Shown here: in pieces, positions 60,194 to 64,000 of the stretch
Position numbering within the stretch: position 1 is the stretch's first letter
Layout of the letters: the number at the start of each line of letters is the position of its first letter
DNA from: Gemmatimonadaceae bacterium
GTDB lineage: Bacteria; Gemmatimonadota; Gemmatimonadetes; Gemmatimonadales; Gemmatimonadaceae
Assembly (NCBI GenBank): GCA_045803545.1
Contig: JBJMOW010000005.1
Location: 512,001-576,000 of the forward strand
Direction: 5' to 3'
Length of the DNA: 64,000 nt
Made by a program: the position numbers and the translations under genes
The notes under the pieces: model-generated
Seen by the model: only the letters and a program-made list of their open reading frames with translations
The model's database searches: none
Told to the model about the DNA's origin: nothing

Positions 60194-61090
60194 CTAAGCC
60201 GCCGGGTCCGCCTTGCGGGACATCCGTGCGGTGATGATCACCCCGCCCAGCACGATCGCTCCACCTATTAGGGTGGAAATGCTGGGAATCTGGTGGATCG
60301 CGGGGATCACAGCTCCGAGCAGCGTCGCTCCCACAGGCTCACCCAGCACCGTCAGATTCACTACGTAGGCGGGGAGAAACTTGAGCGCCCAGTTCATTCC
60401 GGTGTGGCCGAGCAACATCGGACCGATGGCGAGAGCAGCAAAGATCGTGATTTCTTTCGGTGGCTGAGGAGCGAGCGCGACGCCGCGCGCAACCGCGACT
60501 GCAGTGAGCGTTACGAGAGCAGCGCCGTAAACGATGGTCACATACGCCCAAATCCCAAGCACTCGTCGGAGCCTGCGACCGATCGTGTAGTAGATCGCAG
60601 CAGTGATTGCCGCCGAGATCGCAAGCAGATTTCCAATGAGCGGTGCGCTGCCGCCAGCACCGGCACGCAGATCGGGTGAAGCGATCACGAACGCCCCGAT
60701 GATTGCGCACAAGATGCCCAGGTATTGCCGCGACGACGGCGGCTCTTTCACAGCGAAGGCCGATATCAGCGCCACTATAGCCGGCTGCAGATTAACGAGG
60801 GAAACGGAAGCAGCGATGGTGGTGAGATGGATCGACGCATTCCAGGCCCAGAAGTGGAGCGCCAGTGACACGCCTGCCGCAACTGCTAGCAGCAGCTCCT
60901 GGAGCGTCAGTCGTCGCCAATCCCGCCACTCGCGAGTCGCCAGGAGAAAAGCAATGACGGCTACGAGGGAAAAACCGAGACGCCAGACGGCAATGGTGAG
61001 AGCGCCAGCGTTCGACAGGCGCACGAGCGGTCCCGCGAACGAGATGCCCAGCACTGCCAGGGCGAGCACCCAATACGGTTTGGCGCGCAT
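60194..61090 (-). CDS. DMT/EamA family transporter
   Basis: About ten TM segments, LALHF..W..S and GEPVGA.LL motifs. Confidence 0.88.
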   Translation of the reverse strand: MRAKPYWVLALAVLGISFAGPLVRLSNAGALTIAVWRLGFSLVAVIAFLLATREWRDWRRLTLQELLLAVAAGVSLALHFWAWNASIHLTTIAASVSLVNLQPAIVALISAFAVKEPPSSRQYLGILCAIIGAFVIASPDLRAGAGGSAPLIGNLLAISAAITAAIYYTIGRRLRRVLGIWAYVTIVYGAALVTLTAVAVARGVALAPQPPKEITIFAALAIGPMLLGHTGMNWALKFLPAYVVNLTVLGEPVGATLLGAVIPAIHQIPSISTLIGGAIVLGGVIITARMSRKADPAA

Positions 61091-61092
61091 AC

Positions 61093-61127
61093 AAAAAAAG
61101 AGCCGGTGCGTTAAGCACCGGCTCTTT
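61093..61127 (-). terminator. Intrinsic terminator after the first SLT gene
   Basis: AAAGAGCCGGTGC-gttaa-GCACCGGCTCTTT with an A7 run on the left. Confidence 0.75.
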
Positions 61128-61139
61128 GAACGAACAACC

Positions 61140-61817
61140 TTAGTCTGCCTTCTGAGTTTTCACCAGTCGCATCTCGGCAGCCGCACGGCCAGCGTGCTTC
61201 AAAACCTTGTCGTCATAAAGGTGGCAGTTTGGCGTGTTGCGACCACGGACGCAGCCGTTGTATCGGAGCAACGCCACGCGCGTGTTAGGCGCGCTGCGCA
61301 TCGCTTCCTTCAGGATCTGCACACCGTGACAGATGTTGCTTTCGATGTCGAACAGGTCAGACGAGCCGCAACCCCACTTACCACTGTGGAGCGGCATGAC
61401 CTGCATTAGGCCGCGCGCACCAACGGAGCTGCGGGCGTGCGGGTCAAGAGTGTTGTCTTCGGTCAGAAGAACACCAACCAGCAGCGCCGGATCGATATGC
61501 TCCTTGTCCGCCTGCTCGACGATTGCGTCGGCAATACGGAAAGCGAGACCACGATCGTTGGTGTACTGGTTCAGTACTTCCCCGATGCGGAACGCCTCTT
61601 CCGTCGGCTGCGAAGCGTCAACGACAGCCGCGGGCAGTCTCAGCAAGCGACCCGGATTGGCGTACAGCGGGTGCTGCTGGGAAATCGTCCAAACCGCGCC
61701 GCCAGCGAGCAGGCCGACCAGCGCGATCGCGTGCGTGGCCGTACGCATCGCCGACTTCATCGGCGACTCGAGCTTGCTTGGTGGTGCAGTCAAAGGCTTC
61801 AGTGACTTCTTCTTCAC
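61140..61817 (-). CDS. Membrane-anchored SLT-domain lytic transglycosylase
   Basis: IDPALLVGVLLTED, SSVGARGLMQVMP, NICHG and ALLRYNG motifs. SD GAGGAG before GTG 61817. Confidence 0.85.
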   Translation of the reverse strand: MKKKSLKPLTAPPSKLESPMKSAMRTATHAIALVGLLAGGAVWTISQQHPLYANPGRLLRLPAAVVDASQPTEEAFRIGEVLNQYTNDRGLAFRIADAIVEQADKEHIDPALLVGVLLTEDNTLDPHARSSVGARGLMQVMPLHSGKWGCGSSDLFDIESNICHGVQILKEAMRSAPNTRVALLRYNGCVRGRNTPNCHLYDDKVLKHAGRAAAEMRLVKTQKAD

Positions 61818-61849
61818 AGATTCTCCTCGAATTAGCGTGTCGAGCAAAC

Positions 61850-62449
61850 CTAGATGAGTGGGACCAAAACTCTCCCTTTATCATCCCGGTACGCCCGGCC
61901 CAACCGATCCGCAAAACCATGCAACACTTCCATATCCCGCTCACGTACGCGGTACTGCGCTGCGGTCGTCGGGAGCCGATACGTCGCAATGCTCTCGCTC
62001 GCCGGCAGCTTCTTCACCTGCATCCTTCCCTTCACCAGCTCCGCTCCCCTGGGCTTGGCGAAGTCCCACATCCTTCTACCAATCTGCGAGTTCGTCAGTG
62101 GGCAATCCGGATAACGTCCCCGGATGTACCGGATGAAGTACTCGTTGTCGATCAACTTCTCATGGTCACCGTTCGTGGAAGCGTCAGCGATGTTGATCGC
62201 TGCCCGCGGCCCCGGCGGTGTGTGCCAGCGCTTCAAATCCTCGGCTTCGAGAGAAACCTGGATCTTGGCGCCCAGCACTTCTGCTATTTGCCGCAAAAGC
62301 TCGAGCGAGACGTTGTACTCTTCGTCATGCTCGATATTGCGGATGGTTGACGGCGAGACTGGCTTAGGCAGTCTGGCTGCAACGTCTTCACGACGGAGAC
62401 CTCTGAGCTTTCTTATTCGCTCGAGTTCCCGTCCAATCCACTCAGACAT
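61850..62449 (-). CDS. XRE-family HTH regulator with an unrecognised C-terminal domain
   Basis: IGRELERIRKLRGLRREDVAARL...STIRNIE...NVSLELLRQIAEVLG. Confidence 0.8.
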   Translation of the reverse strand: MSEWIGRELERIRKLRGLRREDVAARLPKPVSPSTIRNIEHDEEYNVSLELLRQIAEVLGAKIQVSLEAEDLKRWHTPPGPRAAINIADASTNGDHEKLIDNEYFIRYIRGRYPDCPLTNSQIGRRMWDFAKPRGAELVKGRMQVKKLPASESIATYRLPTTAAQYRVRERDMEVLHGFADRLGRAYRDDKGRVLVPLI

Positions 62450-62493
62450 ACACTCAATTCTATTTTGGTAATGCCACTACTGAGATACGTATA

Positions 62494-62522
62494 ACGCTAC
62501 CTGTACTGACGGGTTGGGTCAA
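62494..62522 (-). promoter_or_regulatory. sigma70-type promoter of the XRE gene
   Basis: Minus strand TTGACC-17 nt-TAGCGT with an AT-rich tract upstream. Confidence 0.5.
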
Positions 62523-62640
62523 GAAAAAGTTTTAAGAAATCAAGGGACGAGTGGGGTCAGAATGTCACGATTGTGACGTCTAGAACCGAAGCAATACCGA
62601 AGCAGGGGCTTGCCGCTGCAACGAGTCGGTGGAGAGGCGC

Positions 62641-63396
62641 CTAGTCCGACAGGTTGAAGGTGAGCATCGCCGTGGCTGCCTGCTCGGCGAACCTAAGCAC
62701 CTTTCCCGAGTAGGTATAGCAGTTCGGCGTGTTCGTCCCACGGACACAGCCATTATAACGTTGCAGCGCTGTCGCGACGCTCGGTGAGCGTTTGATCAGA
62801 TCCGCCAGAATGCTGACTCCGTGACAAATGTTGGAGTCGATGGCGAACAAGTCAGCGTTCGGGCACCCCGCCCACTTCCCGGCGTGGAAGGGCATCACCT
62901 GCATCAGGCCGCGCGCTCCCACAAAGCTCTTTGCTCTCGGATCCAGCTTCGCGTCCTCTGTGAGGACCACGCCGACGAGTAGTGCGGGGTCTATCTTCTT
63001 CTTCCCGCCTTCGACGACGATTGCCTGGGCGATGCGACGAGCGAGCACTGTGTCGCTCGTGTACTTATGGAGCGAAAACGCGACTTTCTGGACCTCGGCC
63101 TGTGCCGCGGCGTCATTGGCAGGCGGCGGCACCGTGTCCGTGCCCGGTGTGACCGCGGTTACGACGGCCACTGGCAGATGTAGCAGCTCGCCCGGCTTAA
63201 CGAACTTTGGGTGCTGCTGGCGAATGGTCCAGACAGTGCCGGCCGCGAGCAACACCGTAGCAGCAATGCCTTGAAGCGCAGCCTTGAGATTTCGTTTCCA
63301 GCGGGCTTCGTTGGGTCGGGGAGGCCGGCGAACCGGCACGTTCGTGAACACATCTCCCGTCCCCGACTGACGCTGGTCAAACTCGAGGTCGGCCAT
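62641..63396 (-). CDS. Second membrane-anchored SLT-domain lytic transglycosylase (paralogue)
   Basis: IDPALLVGVVLTED, SFVGARGLMQVMP, NICHG and ALQRYNGCVRGTNTPNC motifs. Start uncertain (ATG 63396 chosen). Confidence 0.85.
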   Translation of the reverse strand: MADLEFDQRQSGTGDVFTNVPVRRPPRPNEARWKRNLKAALQGIAATVLLAAGTVWTIRQQHPKFVKPGELLHLPVAVVTAVTPGTDTVPPPANDAAAQAEVQKVAFSLHKYTSDTVLARRIAQAIVVEGGKKKIDPALLVGVVLTEDAKLDPRAKSFVGARGLMQVMPFHAGKWAGCPNADLFAIDSNICHGVSILADLIKRSPSVATALQRYNGCVRGTNTPNCYTYSGKVLRFAEQAATAMLTFNLSD

Positions 63397-63408
63397 GCCC
63401 GTTTCGGT

Positions 63409-63424
63409 TGCACCCCACGTGCCA
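63409..63424 (-). promoter_or_regulatory. Candidate sigma54 promoter of the second SLT gene
   Basis: Minus strand TGGCACG-TGGG-GTGCA, with a perfect -24 box. Confidence 0.55.
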
Positions 63425-63494
63425 TACCCGGTATGGAGATTGCCCCCTCCTTCCCACTCCCCGCCTCGCCTGCCAGCCGCTACACTGCTATCGA

Positions 63495-64000
63495 ATGAAA
63501 GAATCCGAACCACTCTACCGGTTCACGCGCTTCCTGAAGCGCGCAGTAATCGGCCTCGGAGTCGTACTGCTCGCCTTGCTGGCCTTCGGATACTTCTTCT
63601 TCATGCGCCATGTCGACGCTCCCAAAGCGTGGGCCGCAGCGGACCGCGAGCTTCAGGGTGGGATGCTTGACTTTGGTGAGAAAGTCGAGCGGCGCGCGCG
63701 AGTTTTCATGCGCCGGCCGAGTGATTACTATCGCGGCGCAAATGGGATGCTGTTTGCCACGAATGAGCGGCTCATTTACATCGGCGTGGCTCCGGGCAGC
63801 AAGATGGAAAATGAAGACGCGCCACCCGTGATCGTCTCGCAGGAATTTCCCAACGACACGCTTCTACAGATGAAGCCCGCTCGACTCTACCTCCTTACCG
63901 CACATGGAGTGCGGGTGTCCCGACCGGGCGTGCAGTCCGCCCAGTTCGCGGCACTCAGCGGACAGGAACCGGCGCTCGACTCGCTGGTCAACTACGTCAA
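63495..64000 (+). CDS. Hypothetical membrane-anchored protein, truncated by the window end
   Basis: Open frame MKESEPLYRFTRFLKRAVIGLGVVLLALLAFGYFFFMRH...GMLFATNERLIYIG... runs off the end. One N-terminal TM helix. Confidence 0.65.
   Translation, partial: MKESEPLYRFTRFLKRAVIGLGVVLLALLAFGYFFFMRHVDAPKAWAAADRELQGGMLDFGEKVERRARVFMRRPSDYYRGANGMLFATNERLIYIGVAPGSKMENEDAPPVIVSQEFPNDTLLQMKPARLYLLTAHGVRVSRPGVQSAQFAALSGQEPALDSLVNYV

Noticed and set aside
61140..63396. SLT genes plus XRE as a prophage remnant
   Set aside because: No integrase, structural, holin or terminase genes, and the neighbours are housekeeping-type.

Overview
GC-rich bacterial DNA. Gene content and protein style suggest Gemmatimonadota, which is an inference. 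The window has two halves. Left (1-36.6 kb, ending at the 3' end of a tRNA-Ala-TGC) is an accessory surface-glycan locus. It encodes Wzm/Wzt export, a GT2, a pyruvyltransferase, and a class-III aminotransferase/C-methyltransferase/RmlC/DUF4910/PIG-L sugar-tailoring block. It also has an ATP-grasp/deacetylase/methyltransferase operon and a WbpP-like epimerase. Three predicted lipoproteins carry a putative carbohydrate-active domain at the end of 1, 3 or 43 Ig-like (Big_2) repeats; the largest is 4355 aa and has a ZU5-like domain ending in an HFS motif. A signalling module comprises two REC + degenerate-GGDEF proteins and a soluble histidine kinase. Two GEMM-I (c-di-GMP-I class) riboswitches lie in intergenic DNA. 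One has G20 and its P1 extension covers the RBS of a REC-GGDEF gene. The other has A20, the c-AMP-GMP signature, and a terminator/antiterminator upstream of the 3-repeat lyase-like lipoprotein. Right (36.7-64 kb) is mostly core genes: the alternative complex III operon actABCDEF with a consensus Rex operator, a SPOUT RNA methyltransferase, sodA, speA, pdxH, moeB/moeZ, a CstB-like MBL-rhodanese protein, an ABC transporter, an M14 peptidase, a DMT transporter and an SLT-XRE-SLT cluster. No CRISPR array, integrase or transposase was seen. All calls come from reading the sequence by eye; no database searches were run.
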